Part shown: positions 24,241 through 37,417 of the stretch, in pieces
Layout: each line of letters opens with the position of its first letter
How positions within the stretch are numbered: position 1 is the stretch's first letter
Assembly (NCBI GenBank): GCA_964016885.1
Contig: OZ024741.1
Coordinates: 267,344,001 to 267,408,000 of the forward strand
Direction: 5' to 3'
Length of the DNA: 64,000 bases
Source: Eledone cirrhosa
Lineage: Eukaryota
Position numbers and translations under genes: made by a program
The notes under the pieces: model-generated
Told to the model about the DNA's origin: nothing
The model's database searches: none
What the model saw: the letters and a program-made list of their open reading frames with translations, nothing else

Positions 24241-24569
24241 ACTGGAGTCGATATAATAGACTGTAGCTATGAAGGCAGCACTGTCCCAGAAAGAATTAAA
24301 AAATAATTGCTTCTACTTTAGGCACAAGGCCATAGAATGTATTTACATGCCTGCACACACACACAAACACACACACACTCTCAAAATGATGATGATGATG
24401 GTGATGATGGATATGTTTAGTATAATGAGTACTCAGTACCATGGTAGAGATGAATACTTTAACAAAGTTTGAGTCAGTATCGTGTTATTGTGGAGTTTCT
24501 TCTGTATGTTTGCACTTTCATCAGACAGTTCTAATAGAACTGTCTGATGAATCTGTAAATATATATATA

Positions 24570-24805
24570 TCCCTTTTATTTTTATCATAATTTTTATTTT
24601 TATTTTCTATTTTTTACTTTTTAACTTCCCTCCTTAAAACTCCCCTTACTCCTCCTCGGACTTCCAGTTCTCCCCCTATCCAAACTTTCCTGATGAAGGA
24701 CTTGTCTGAAATGTTGAAACCTCCTCCACTTCCACCAAGCGTGAACCTAATATAACTGTGTACAATTGCCTCTTGTGCTTTGTTCATTCATTTTCAACTA
24801 TATGT
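24570..24805 (+). mobile_element. Short repeat with a minimal hammerhead motif (24686-24719)
   Basis: TTTC-CTGATGA-AGGACTTGTCT-GAAA-TGTT-GAAA; same family as the copies at 9585 and 14975. Confidence 0.55.
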
Positions 24806-25109
24806 ATATACATTGGAATCTCGGTTCACAAACTTAATTTGTTACCCAAAATGTTCATAAACCGAAACTATTTTTCCCTTATGAAATGTTGAGAAAGAAA
24901 TACAGTGAGAGAGAGACTGTGTGTGAAAGACAGATAAATATCACCCTATGTAGCAAGTGACACTTTCCTACTAATACACCAAGCTTGTCACCAACTGTCG
25001 TTGCCGGCTTACATGTTTGTTACTCGAGACACTGTTTGTGAACACATTTTGTTTGGAAAAATTGTTTGTGAACTGATTTCTTCGTGAACCTAGGTTCCAT
25101 TGTATATAC

Positions 25110-25153
<44 letters not shown>

Positions 25154-25164
25154 TCATTATTTAA

Positions 25165-28100
25165 GCAAATCAAGACCACAAAATTCACATGGAAGACGTT
25201 TTAGGAAGGCTAATTAAACGGGAGAAGTCCTGGGCAAACCTGACCATCCCGGACGAGGCAATAGCGGCCATGCAAAGGAGGATGGTGTACTTTCGATGTA
25301 TTTCGGTGCAGACACGAAAAGTGGGACTTGCGAGCCAAGCAGAGGTCAAGGCTGCTTTGGAGTGCATCGGAAGTGACATAGAGTATAAAGCAAGAGCCAA
25401 ATAGTTTGGTACCATCTCGGTACTGTTCAAAACCGAGACCCTCGCTATTAAGCACTCGGTGACCCCCTGCAGAACGGAACGCATTATCATGCATCCGTCC
25501 TACATGGGTAAAAGGACAGTAAAGGTCTGCATTCCCAGCATCCCACCAGGAATGAACATATGGAGGCTGCTGGGATGCGTAATCAAGGAGGGGACAGACA
25601 CTACCCTCCTGGATATCAAAAGGACAGAGAGAGAAGACTGGTCCGGAATGGATTTGGAGATTCTTCTCCAAATGAAACCGGTAGACATGAACAACATCCC
25701 GGATTTTGCCCGCCTGCAGGACGGGACAACAATCCAATTAATCACTGAGAGAAGAAGGCAATGCATCTGCAAGCCTTCTGCCCTCAGTGCAAAAATGCAG
25801 GGGGTCGCAAACCTCCTTTGTTGCCAACGCCAGTGTCAGCACGGAAAGCTGCACCACCACCACCACCACCAAAAACAACACCAACAAAAACACGGACACC
25901 AACATCAAAAACAGCCGGATCACCACCAACACCAAAACCAATCCAAGGAGAAAATGAGGAAAGCTCTCCCACTCCCCCTACCCCCCAATTATACACATAG
26001 ACAAAACAATAAACGCACACACAGACACAGAGACACTCATAGCCACAGACCCTTTGTCTTCCAGCAGCGAAGATGAAGGAAAACCCAAAAGTGCAAAAAA
26101 ACAGAGAAAACTCACCAAAAAAAAGCCCCAACAAAACACAAAAACATACACAACAAAAAATACAGACACCACTAACGCAAACACTTCCCCAATAACATCA
26201 CCACCATCAGCAACATTGACACCACCTCCACAATCCCCGAAACGCAAACAACCTAAACAAACACAAGTACAAATAAACACACAAATACCTGAAATTGCAG
26301 ACACCACACCTACAACAAACATAGACATACCCGAAACAACACCACCAAAACCATTACCACCACGAAAACAAATAAAACCACACCAACAAAATGTTAAAAA
26401 CTTCGTGTTTGTCAGAAGGGCCAACGATAAACTGATGGCCCTCTTAGCATGAAGCGAGGACATTCAAACAGAGGGGGAGATTTTTTAAATGAGCACATTT
26501 TGTGCCAGAAGATTTGCTTCTGGTCCGAATGTCACTCAATTCCTTCAAAGAAATTCGAGGGAGCTTTCCTCAAGACGTGGGAACCCCGAATGTGAAACCC
26601 ACATCAAGACTTTTAAAGAGGTTCCCAAAAGAAACCCCACCAACCATGGAGGTCGAACCACCTGATCTTCACAAGACCCCGGGAGGTAAGTAAACCTTCC
26701 CTCTCTCTCTTAGCTTACCAATATGGCCATATTAAGAGTAGGAAGTTTAAATGTTCGCAGGCTGGGGTCACCCTGGAAGCAGGGTCGCCTGCTCAACGAC
26801 CTCCGGTCGCTGGAAATGGATATGATTGCCGTCAGCGAGACCAGAATTTCCGACACGCGCGCACTAGCCCCCATTTTCGACGACTATCAGATCTTCGCAT
26901 CTGTTAGCAGGCCGGGAATGGGGGGTGGGGTGACAGTGCTGTTTAGGAAAGGACTGGATCTCGAGGTAAGGTCGATCTTCCGGGACTCGGACGGTAAGTT
27001 GGTGGTCTTGGATGTGAGCAGTAGCGAAGGTGGTGCCTTTAGACTGCTGGCCGTCTACGCCCCTACAGGGGCCAGACGACCTGACTTCTTTAGGCGCCTG
27101 GAGACCTTTCTGGGTACGTCTCGCCCTTTACTGTTAGCGGGGAAATGGAATGGCATCTTAGAGCCACGCTGGAATTGTGTGGGAGTAGCTGATAGGAGCG
27201 GGGGGTGCAAAAGCCTCAAGCACCTACTCAGCCAGTTCCAACAGTCTGATAGGTATCAACTAGATTTCCCCAATGCGCCAGTATGGACATGGACCAACCG
27301 AATGGGGTCATCTAGATCGTATATAGACAGGATCTTCATTAGGAAAATAGATAGAAATAGTATAGGCTGCCCACTTTTTAAAACGGTCGCCTATTCAGAT
27401 CACAAATTTGTGATCTGTATGGTCGACTTAGATAAAATGCGTAGGTTGGGACCGGGATACTGGAAGCTGAACATGTCATTTCAGGCACGTAAGGCTTACA
27501 GGAACCGAGCCAACAATTTAGTTAAGCAAAAGTTGACAGGGGGGATCTCAACAACAGATGGTGGGTGGCGCTCAAAAGAGAGATTAGAGTAACTTCGATA
27601 GAGTTCAGCAAAGAACTAGCGTTAGAGAAAAATAGAAATGAGGGGGAGCTGGTAGATAAGTTAGACGAGGCTATTTGTAGTGGCATTGCAACTGACGTGT
27701 TAGCGGCGAGAATGGCATTAGACCATTTCTTCAATGCGAAACACGAAGGTTGCATTGTCAGAGCTAAGGAGCGTGCGCTGAGAAACGAGGGAACCAAAGC
27801 TGTTCGATGGGCCCGCGTGGCGGAGGCACAGCGTGGTAATAAAACCACAATTCGGTCTTTGGCGGACCGAGACGGACACGAGATAAGCGATTCCAAGCGG
27901 ATGTGTGAGGCCTTTTGCCAGCACTTTGCTCAGTTGTTCGGGGAGAGTGGCGAGTCAGAGAGAGTAGCGGATTTCAGTCCCTACCTTGACTGCTTGTTGC
28001 GCATCTCGATGGTCAACGCCGAGCGCTGCGAAAGGCCGATTACTTCAGCCAAAATTCAGGACGTCCTTGTCGGCTGCATGAGGCGCAAGTGACACGGTTT

Positions 28101-30332
28101 GGATGGCCTTCCCTACGAGCTCTACGTAAATATGCCAGACTTGTTCTCCGATCTCCTCGAAGCACTCTACTGCAACTGGCAGCAGAATGGGAGTATTCCC
28201 AGTTTTGTGAGCAGAGGAGTGGTGACGCTGATAAGGCAAGACGAGAACAAGAGGGATGCATTAGACAACTTCAGGTCCATAACTCTGCTCAACACAGAGT
28301 TTAAGATGTTGGCCAAGGTCTTAGCAAAGAGATTGGCGCTTGTCGTCGAGGATTTGGTTGGGGAGGCGCAAACTTGCGCAATCCCAACCAGGTCCATACA
28401 CGACAATCTCCACCTCATGCGATACATCATAGAGAGGGTAGGGTGTAAACTTGGCTTCGGTGGGGCACTGATCAATTTAGATCAATCGAAAGCATTCGAT
28501 AGAGTAGACCATCGGTATCTGGAGTTTGTGCTCAAAGCAGCTGGCTTCGGCCCTGTCTTTAGAAGCTGGATCGTTGCAATGCACAGCGGCACACGTTCGG
28601 TGGTCAAGGTTAATGGCCACCTCTCGGAACCATTTCGGCTCTCCCGATCGGTCCGTCAAGGCTGCCCTCTCTCTTCCCTTCTGGACGTGTTGACTCTTGA
28701 GCCTTTATTGCGGAAGCTGGAGCTGTTGCAGGGCATACTGCTCGAACCGGGACGTGGAAAGGCGGTGTCGGCTTATGCGGACGACATCACCATGATGGTG
28801 TCGAACACCTCAGAAATCGAGGTGGCCGGCACCTTATTGAAGGAATATGAAAGGTTGACAGGAGCCAAACTTAACCCGGAAAAGTCGGTGGGCTTGCAGC
28901 TCCAAACCTGGAGAGGCAAGCCCATGCCATTCAACAGCGTCGTGGGGCGCTGAACGGACGGACCGGTAAAGTTGCTCGGGGTTTGGTTCGGACCAAACCT
29001 CCAGGTGGAAAAGAATTGGGATGAGGTAACGAGCAGAGTAGCCAGTCTCACCCAAAAATGGGCTGGGAGGAAGCTATCACTGAAAGGTCGCGCGGAGGTG
29101 GCGAATGCGTACATCGAGTCCGTCATCTACTACCGCCTGACCGTCGTGCCTTGCCCCCGTCCGCGCCTCGTCAAGTTGGAACGGCTCCTCTTCAAATTCT
29201 TGTGGAGGGGACAAGTTCCATTGGTGAGGCGGTCCATCTGCTGCCAGCACCCTCTACGCCAAGGGCTGGGCATGCCGTGGCTAATGATACGCACACATGC
29301 GTTGAGGCTGCGACATCTCCAGATATTCTGCCTCAATGGTGAACAGGTGTGGTCGCCGTTTATCAGACGGGCCTTTCCGCAGCTCATTTCTTTGACTGAG
29401 CTGCAGTCTATAGAGGATTAGTGGTGGGCAAGTGCGGTGACGCACTCTGAGAAGCTTTGGGCCTCGACGAAGTCGAACTGACCAGTCTATACTGGAGGAC
29501 TTTTGAGCCGGGGACGATGGACAATTTCCAGAAATCCTTCGCTTGGCAGTGCTACCGGGGGGCACTGCCGGTTTGGGATAAACTCTACAGGCACGGAAGG
29601 ACTGTCAGATGGACCTGCCCAAGATGCGCACAGAACGACGAAACCGTTCTGCACGTACTTGTCCAATGTCCGTGCATTACTGACTTGTGGAGTTATGTCG
29701 AACAGCTACTGTCGCGTGTGGAACGAATCCGGCTATCGGCCGAGTCCATAGTGAAGATCGATCCACCGCCTTCCTTAGGTCAGGAAGAGCAGGAAATTTT
29801 CCTCTGTCTGGTGGCAGTTGCGAAAGAGATTATATGGTGGACCAGGTTGAAAGGACTAAAGACAGACACTTTTCTCTTCAGCCAATCCCTCATCAACTTC
29901 TTCAAGTTTCACCTGGAAAGGAAGGTGAGGGTGGAGAGAGAAGTGCTGCTCCCCGGTACATTTGCTAAAAGGTGGGTGAATGTGGCGAGAATGGCTCGTG
30001 TGAATGGGCCTACTCTGACCATGCACGTATAGGCTAGCTAACTTGAGGAGAGGGGTGCTCTCCCTGGGTGCCCTAGAAGCGCAGGGTGGTTCAGGATTGG
30101 TGGGGTACCCGAGTCACCCCAGGGTCGTCCACCCCCTATCGGGGAATTTATTTTGTTATATTTATGCATATTTTATTTTATATTTTTATACTTTCATTGT
30201 TAAATTAGTCTTGCCATTGTGCACTTTTACTCGACCTTATTGTAAACCCCCACTGTCCCTGTCTTTGTATTGTCCCCTACATGTCGGCCCTTGTGGCTAA
30301 TAAATGAAATCATTATTATTATTATTATTATT
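25165..30332 (+). mobile_element. L1/Tx1-type LINE, near full length, degenerate (ORF1 ~25189-26693; ORF2 26723-30032)
   Basis: ORF2 pieces: EN (SLNVR, SET, VYAP, YIDRI, YSDH, PGYWKLN), RT (NLDQSKAFD, SVRQGCPLS, AYADD), C-terminal CPRC..ETVLH..C. Frameshifts, stops and an internal deletion near 29410. 3' UTR with AATAAA and an (ATT)n tail. Confidence 0.92.
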
Positions 30333-30627
30333 CCTTACATTAAACTGCAATTAATGTTGACACTCTTTATTCCTTACATTAAACTGCAACTAATGTCGAC
30401 ACTCTTTAACTAACATCTTCTATGTGAATTTTGTGGTCTTGATTTGCTTAAATAATGAATATTTCCAGCTCAGTGCACCTAATATCTGCATGAACCCAGT
30501 TCTCTAGCTGCTTCCCGCTGCATATTGCACATTGAGCACACACCTTTAGGCTTTTGGCTTCTAATACCTTCACCAATCTTTCCTCTCCTATCGCCATCTC
30601 TCTATTTAAGATTGGTTTACTCTTGAA

Positions 30628-30677
<50 letters not shown>

Positions 30678-31036
30678 CGCGAACGTAGCTTTGTTAAAGC
30701 AATATTACATATTCCCTCTGTAAAACAACTGGTGTTGTACTAGTGAAAGAATAATTCTTCTCTCTTCAATCTTAACACACATATATTATGCAAGTATATA
30801 TATAATCGTTGAAGCCACATTAGCAAGAAATTCTTGAAAAGTACAAAACATCAATTTGACTACATCGCATTAAAAATGAATGTCTTTAGTGTACTGCAAA
30901 TTTTCAAAACGATTTGTCCACAAATAAAGATAATATAAACATTTGAATAGTTTTTAAAAACATTTTTTGCTCAATCATTACAGATTGTTATGAGATCATG
31001 ATGATAATCACATTTTGGAGCTTTCTGTTATTTCAG

Positions 31037-31158
31037 AATGAAGTCGCCAAACAGGGAACAGACCATAAGAACGAATTATTGAAATGTGAGGCGGCACACC
31101 AAAGACACTTAAAGACAGTTTCTGAAGGACTTGAAGCTAAATCGAAAGAAACACTAAG
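31037..31158 (+). CDS. FAM184A: Internal exon of a FAM184-like coiled-coil protein
   Basis: tttcag|AAT GAA... acceptor; donor AG|gtctgt is phase 2 and joins exon 61762 to give ETLR-LECNHIRE, matching my recollection of FAM184A ENLRQECSKLRE (not searched). Confidence 0.72.
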
Positions 31159-32610
31159 GTCTGTAAGATTTGCTGAAGATGTTCAATGACCTGTATGTTA
31201 AGGGATATATTGAACATTTTTAATTGGTTAGCACTAAGCCTCTGATTTTTTGGGGTTTCTTTTTATTTAAAAAAAAAAGAGGAAAAACAATTATTTTTTA
31301 AATTTTATTTTATTTTTTAAATTGACTTGAATTTTACCAATGAATCTTTTGTCATTTAACATTTTTAAAAAGAGATAGCTAGATAGAGAGAACGAGAGAG
31401 AGAGAGAGAGAGAGTGTGTGTGTGTGTATGAGAGGGTGTAGGAATGAGTGTGTTTCAGTATGTGAAATAGTTACATTCAACATTTAAATGTGTCATTAGT
31501 TTGGGTTATGTATGCTAGCAATTTACAATCAAAATTTTTTTTTGCTCATAGTTCCCCTTCTCACTTTAACTGACATCTCTTGTCTCAGCCACCCCAAAGA
31601 TGTTATTAGTTTAAGAGGAAACAATATATTTTACCATTTGCAGTGTTTATTGACTCTTAATATCATGTACCATATGAAACTATAACAGCAAGCGATACTT
31701 GCAGAGAACAAAACAGCTCTATGACTGCATCACATTAAAAATTTATCTTTACTTTAGTTTATTGCAATTTTCACAATGATCTGTTCACTAGTAACAATAC
31801 TATAAACATTTGAATTAAGAAACCACATTAGTAAGACATTTTTCAAAAGTACAAAACAGTACTGCGACTGCATCCATTGATGTCTTTACTCTAATATTGC
31901 AAATATTTACAAAGATATTTGTCCACTAGTAAACATGCTATAAACATACTATAAACATGTGTATTAACAATCCTGTTTTTAAATATTTTCTACTATATCA
32001 TTACTGGATATTGAGAGTTTTTTGCAGCAGTATCCTATAAAGTCAAAATGTTTTGTAGTATATTTTTAAAAAAAACAACCATGTCTATCCAGTTAAAATT
32101 ATGTATTGGCAAACAAAATGCTGTCATCATCATCACCATCATCATCACTTTACATCTGTTTTCCATGCTGGCATGGGCTGAATGGATCGTTATGGTCTGA
32201 ATCAAAAAGAGGTCAGATAATACCATCTTGCTTATACATTGCATATATTGGCATGGCTTCTATAGCCTGGATGCCCTTCCTAATGCCAAGCACTTTACCA
32301 AGGGTACCTGGGACATTTTAGAAAGACAATTATTCCAAATATAATCTAACTTAACCAGTAATGACCCATCTTATTCATGCCAGAATAGAAATTGGATGCA
32401 AGCATGATGATGGTGTATGTGTGTTATGTACACATATTTCAAGGTGTTCAAAATAATAATAACGATTATATATATACTAGCATGGAAGATGGATATTAAA
32501 CAATGATGATGATGACGATTATATATATATATATATATATATATATGGTAAGTATTTCCGAAGAAAAAGCAAAGGAAAAAAGAGTGGTCTATATATAATA
32601 CAGAGCTATT

Positions 32611-32743
32611 TAATTAGAAAGTGAACAACACAATATATAACTACTCCATTATCAAAGGTTTTAGACATATGTTAATATTGTCTACGGTCCTGAAACCTTT
32701 GGTAATGGATTAGTTATATATTGTGTTGTTCACTTTCTGATTA
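32611..32743. repeat. Imperfect palindrome (~55-bp arms) between (TA)n runs, with a 3' half-hammerhead motif
   Basis: TAATTAGAAAGTGAACAACACAATATATAACTA is mirrored; contains GAAA-CC-TTT-GG-TA. Confidence 0.7.
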
Positions 32744-32755
32744 TATATATATATA

Positions 32756-34860
32756 TATATGAAATATAAGAATCAAAGAACTGTTCAAAACATTATTGTG
32801 CTTACAGCTGTTTCCTCCAAACCGAGGTTTGGATTCTTCGGAGCAATTTATTAATGCATGGACAGTTATATGACCTCCTTTTCAGCCGAGAGACATACCA
32901 ATACATATTCAAACATTGATACATATTCAAACATTGTGGGTCAACATTCATTACAAAATTTAGAGTGGCAGTACACACTTCGAGATTACATTTATATTAA
33001 TAGGTACAATCAAAAATCAAAGATATAGGTTAAAGTACAACATGAAGATAAGTGGTTATATGGTGCAAATGTTATATGTGTGGCACGCATGTGCGTCTTG
33101 TTTATATAGTGTGGCAGAGAGATATGTGTGGTAGAGGCACTTAGGTAGGTAAATAAGAGTGTTAGGTTGGTAGATCTGGTGGCAAAGTCTTTATATGATT
33201 GATGTAGTCTGTGTGTGGAGAAATATTATAAGTATTAAAGATAGTGCAAGCATTAAAAGTGTTATAAGTATTGGAGATGCACAACGCAGGGATGTCAAGT
33301 AATTCATGTACTTCGGCATTTTCATGGTCAAGGGAGTGTATATTTCGATTATATGCCTTTCACATAATCCACGACAATCCAGTTAGAGATCGTAGTCTGG
33401 TGTTCTTTAGTTCGATACAGGAGGTTGTTACGTTTCGAGAGACGCCATTGAATATCGGAAGTGTGTGTGTGGCTAAGGGGAGTTAATGCATGCGGGGAGG
33501 TAACTCTGGGGTTTCTATATCTAGCCATTAAAATGTGTCCCAATATGGACCCTAAATTCTATGGTGAGGTGCACCTTCCAAGAGAGACTTTTAAAGCATA
33601 AAGTGCACTAACTATAGAGTAGTTTAACTAAATTATGCTGAAGGTGATCATATTATTATTAAGGTGGATTAACCCATCTTAAGGTGCTACAAATGGAAAT
33701 TATAGATGATGAGCGAGGATTCTAAATTAATGATCTCTGTGGTTGTAGCCTGCCTGGGGACGATTATCTTTCGACACCCAATGTAGCAAGCGATGACCCA
33801 GATCTTACCAGAGATCATTGGGTCCTGAAGCAATCCTGCAATCACCGCGCCTGGTCATATGAGCAGACTACAACCACAGAGATCATTAATTTAGAATCCT
33901 CGCTCATCATCTATAATTTCCATTTGTAGCACCTTAAGATGGGTTAATCCACCTTAATAATAATATGATCACCTTCAGCATAATTTAGTTAAACTACTCT
34001 ATAGTTAGTGCACTTTATGCTTTAAAAGTCTCTCTTGGAAGGTGCACCTCACCATAGAATTTAGGGTCCATATTGGGACACATTTTAATGGCTAGATATA
34101 GAAACCCCAGAGTTACCTCCCCGCATGCATTAACTCCCCTTAGCCACACACACACTTCCGATATTCAATGGCGTCTCTCGAAACGTAACAACCTCCTGTA
34201 TCGAACTAAAGAACACCAGACTACGATCTCTAACTGGATTGTCGTGGATTATGTGAAAGGCATATAATCGAAATATACACTCCCTTGACCATGAAAATGC
34301 CGAAGTACATGAATTACTTGACATCCCTGCGTTGTGCATCTCCAATACTTATAACACTTTTAATGCTTGCACTATCTTTAATACTTATAATATTTCTCCA
34401 CACACAGACTACATCAATCATATAAAGACTTTGCCACCAGATCTACCAACCTAACACTCTTATTTACCTACCTAAGTGCCTCTACCACACATATCTCTCT
34501 GCCACACTATATAAACAAGACGCACATGCGTGCCACACATATAACATTTGCACCATATAACCACTTATCTTCATGTTGTACTTTAACCTATATCTTTGAT
34601 TTTTGATTGTACCTATTAATATAAATGTAATCTCGAAGTGTGTACTGCCACTCTAAATTTTGTAATGAATGTTGACCCACAATGTTTGAATATGTATCAA
34701 TGTTTGAATATGTATTGGTATGTCTCTCGGCTGAAAAGGAGGTCATATAACTGTCCATGCATTAATAAATTGCTCCGAAGAATCCAAACCTCGGTTTGGA
34801 GGAAACAGCTGTAAGCACAATAATGTTTTGAACAGTTCTTTGATTCTTATATTTCATATA
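32756..34860. repeat. Large inverted repeat: 993-bp arms (32756-33748, 33868-34860), 119-bp spacer, extension to ~35020, flanked by (TA)n
   Basis: Mirror coordinates sum to 67616; the ORF track shows identical peptides on opposite strands (33271-33486 and 34130-34345; 33349-33543 and 34073-34267). Confidence 0.96.
34771..34817 (+). ncRNA. Minimal type I hammerhead motif with a palindromic stem III (mirror at 32799-32845, minus)
   Basis: TGCT-CCGAAGA-A-TCCAAACC-TC-GGTTTGGA-G-GAAA-CAGCTG-TA-AGCA; the core is the variant CCGAAGA. Confidence 0.7.
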
Positions 34861-35236
34861 ACTGCTCTGTAAATCATCTGATGTTTTTATATTGAGCTAC
34901 TTAACTTACTGGTAATAAGGTAGTAATACATTACTGCCTACCACTATTTAGGGTGTGTGTAAAATACTTACAACTGCTTAAGGTTTTGTGTTTACATAAC
35001 CATAAATAGTATAACTAATACTATATATATATATATATATATATATCATCATCATCATCATCATCAACGTTTAACGTCCGTGTTCCACGCTTGCATATAT
35101 ATATATATAAAATGATAATTTGCTAATTATTGATATATAATTTTTTGAGTAAAACATGAAACAAAACAACACAGAAATAAAAGAGATATATCCTCTATTC
35201 ATTTATGTGTATATATATATATATGCATTATCTCTT

Positions 35237-35782
35237 TTGTAAGTGACTATTTTGAGTTTCTAACTCAACATATATCTTTGATATATTCGGCTCCTTCAAA
35301 TTGTAGATCTAATTTAAATGTCGAGTAAACTTGGCTGCTATTTTTAGTAGTATAGGTTTATGAGATGTCATGTGTGTTATTTTATATATGCACACTATTC
35401 AGTCTTCTGAGGTACTTAGAAGTGAAGGGTTTACTAATTTTACACCCACTGATGAGCAAAGGAATGAGTAATTCTCTTCACTAAAATTGCGAAACAGTTT
35501 CACCAAAAGCTGTCTGGGTGTCTGGCAGTTGTCTCAATATAGGTTTGTATTTATTTTCTTGATTTATTCATTTAAATTGAGTCTGGCAACCCATATTGTT
35601 CATAGTTAGTATTTTTTTCACCCTAGCAAATCTGGTCCCTTACAATTTGAACACATATATGTATATATCTGTATTTATCACTTTTTTATATTCAATTATA
35701 TTACACGGCTCGGAAAAATCTCTTTCCTTGAGCTATTTAATTGTAAGTGACAATTTTGAGTTTCTAACTCAATATATACCTT

Positions 35783-35790
<8 letters not shown>
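35237..35790 (+). mobile_element. Hammerhead-bearing element with ~50-nt terminal direct repeats (period 504 nt); retrozyme or Penelope pLTR-like
   Basis: TTGTAAGTGAC.ATTTTGAGTTTCTAACTCAA.ATATA.CTTTGATATAT at 35237 and 35741 (3 mismatches); (TA)n on both sides. Confidence 0.7.
35442..35521 (+). ncRNA. Canonical type I hammerhead ribozyme
   Basis: Stem I ACACCCA/TGGGTGT (7 bp); CTGATGA 35449-35455; stem II GCAA..TTGC; GAAA 35491-35494; stem III CAGTTT/AAGCTG; GUC triplet with predicted cleavage after 35514. Confidence 0.88.
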
Positions 35791-35822
<32 letters not shown>

Positions 35823-36231
35823 TAATAATAATAAATTTGAAGACTAAAATCCAAAGAAGGCTCGATAAGGATAAATATATATCAAATATATAAGAACCGT
35901 AGAGCAAATATTTATTAAAATAACAGATTAAAGTTTAATAGTTTACGACTTCATTTATACCATAAACGTGGTTTTATCTTTGCGTGTAATTGTTTTCACC
36001 ACTCTAAATTATGACGTATTGTCTTTGTCTTTATCCGTTCTTTGCCAGGGAACGTTTCCATGAACCAAAGTATCGTCTTCCTGTCTTCCTTCGGTTGCAA
36101 CGTCTTTTAAAATATTTACTTCTGCGTTCAGAGATTGATTTTTTTTAGTTTCAGAAGATCCCGTTAAGGGTGAAAGCAGCGTTTCTTTGCTTAAACTTTA
36201 ATCTGTTATTTTAATAAATATATATATATTT

Positions 36232-37149
36232 ATACCGAATTACCCGCGCCTTTTTGCGCTTCACACATTTTTTTTTGTAAGAAAATGATGATTGATTTTA
36301 AATCAGTGATATAATTTGTGGAGAAAAACTCTGCATTTCAATATTACTCAATGTAAAATGTAATGCATGAAAAATTGGAAAACATTATTTTCTGTAATAT
36401 ATCAAATCAAAATTACATTATTAAATCTTATTCTTATTTTGTTTCTTGTAAATAATTTTTTTCAAAATATCAATTGAAAACTTTTGTGAATAGGCATCAT
36501 ATCTTGTCATTTACCTATGGTTTAAATTTCATATAAATCGAAGGGTAAACATTTTCAGCAGGGGTTTGTGCCTCCGGGAAACCCTTTGATTAAAATGAAA
36601 TATACTTATCCAAGTACCCTGGGCAATGTAGTTTCAGATTATATATGGTTATGGGGGTCTATCTCCAAAAACATAGGCAAAGTTTGTGAAATCTTGTTCC
36701 GTTTATTGGCCAAAATTTTCACTATAGGGGGTTTAAATTTCATATAAATCAAAGGGAAAACATTTTCAGTGGGGGTTTCTGCCTCCGGGGAACCCTAATA
36801 GGGGGTTTAACCCCCATTAGGGTGTCTTGATATTGAAATTCGCTGAAATTTTGTGAATAGGCATCATATCTTGTCATTTACCTATGGTTTAAATTTCATA
36901 TAAATCGAAGGGAAAAAATTTTCAGTGGGGGCAAGCAGCGGTTTGTGCCCCCGGGGAAGCCTTTGATTAAAATGAAATATACTTATCCAAGTACCCTGGG
37001 CAATGTAGTTTCAGAATACATATGGTTATGGGGGTCTGTCTCCAAAACATAGGAGTAGTATATATATATGCAGGCATGCAACTTTACACACACACACACA
37101 TGCACACACACACACACACACACATGCACACACACACACACACACACAT

Positions 37150-37224
<75 letters not shown>

Positions 37225-37230
37225 AGTAGA
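36232..37230. mobile_element. Non-autonomous Helitron/Helentron-like element with a ~200-bp internal duplication and a (CA)n tract
   Basis: Short GC hairpin at the left end, repeated AAATTTCATATAAATCG units (36480-36680 is similar to 36845-37050), (CA)n near the right end. Classification is tentative. Confidence 0.45.
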
Positions 37231-37417
37231 ATTAATGGAGAAGGCATCTTACATAGTGTTTCAACAATACAATATCATAGATATATGTGTGTGTACGCAT
37301 GCATATACATTGTTATATATATATATGCAAAAGTTATATTTAATTTGTTGGGATTCAACAAGCTTAAAAGTTTTATAACTGATATAAAGCACTCAACAGT
37401 TTACAGGAGTAAATATT

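Noticed and set aside
31163-31168. Stronger-looking donor GTAAGA 4 nt downstream of the chosen one
   Set aside because: It gives phase 0, incompatible with the phase-2 acceptor at 61762 unless an unseen exon intervenes.
33271-34345. Two pairs of identical short ORFs on opposite strands
   Set aside because: A by-product of the inverted repeat; no recognisable domain or splice context.
36150-36190. CAGAAGA-TCCC-GTTAA-GGGT-GAAA motif within a 28-bp inverted repeat (35911-36218)
   Set aside because: Core and cleavage site are both imperfect; too weak to call.
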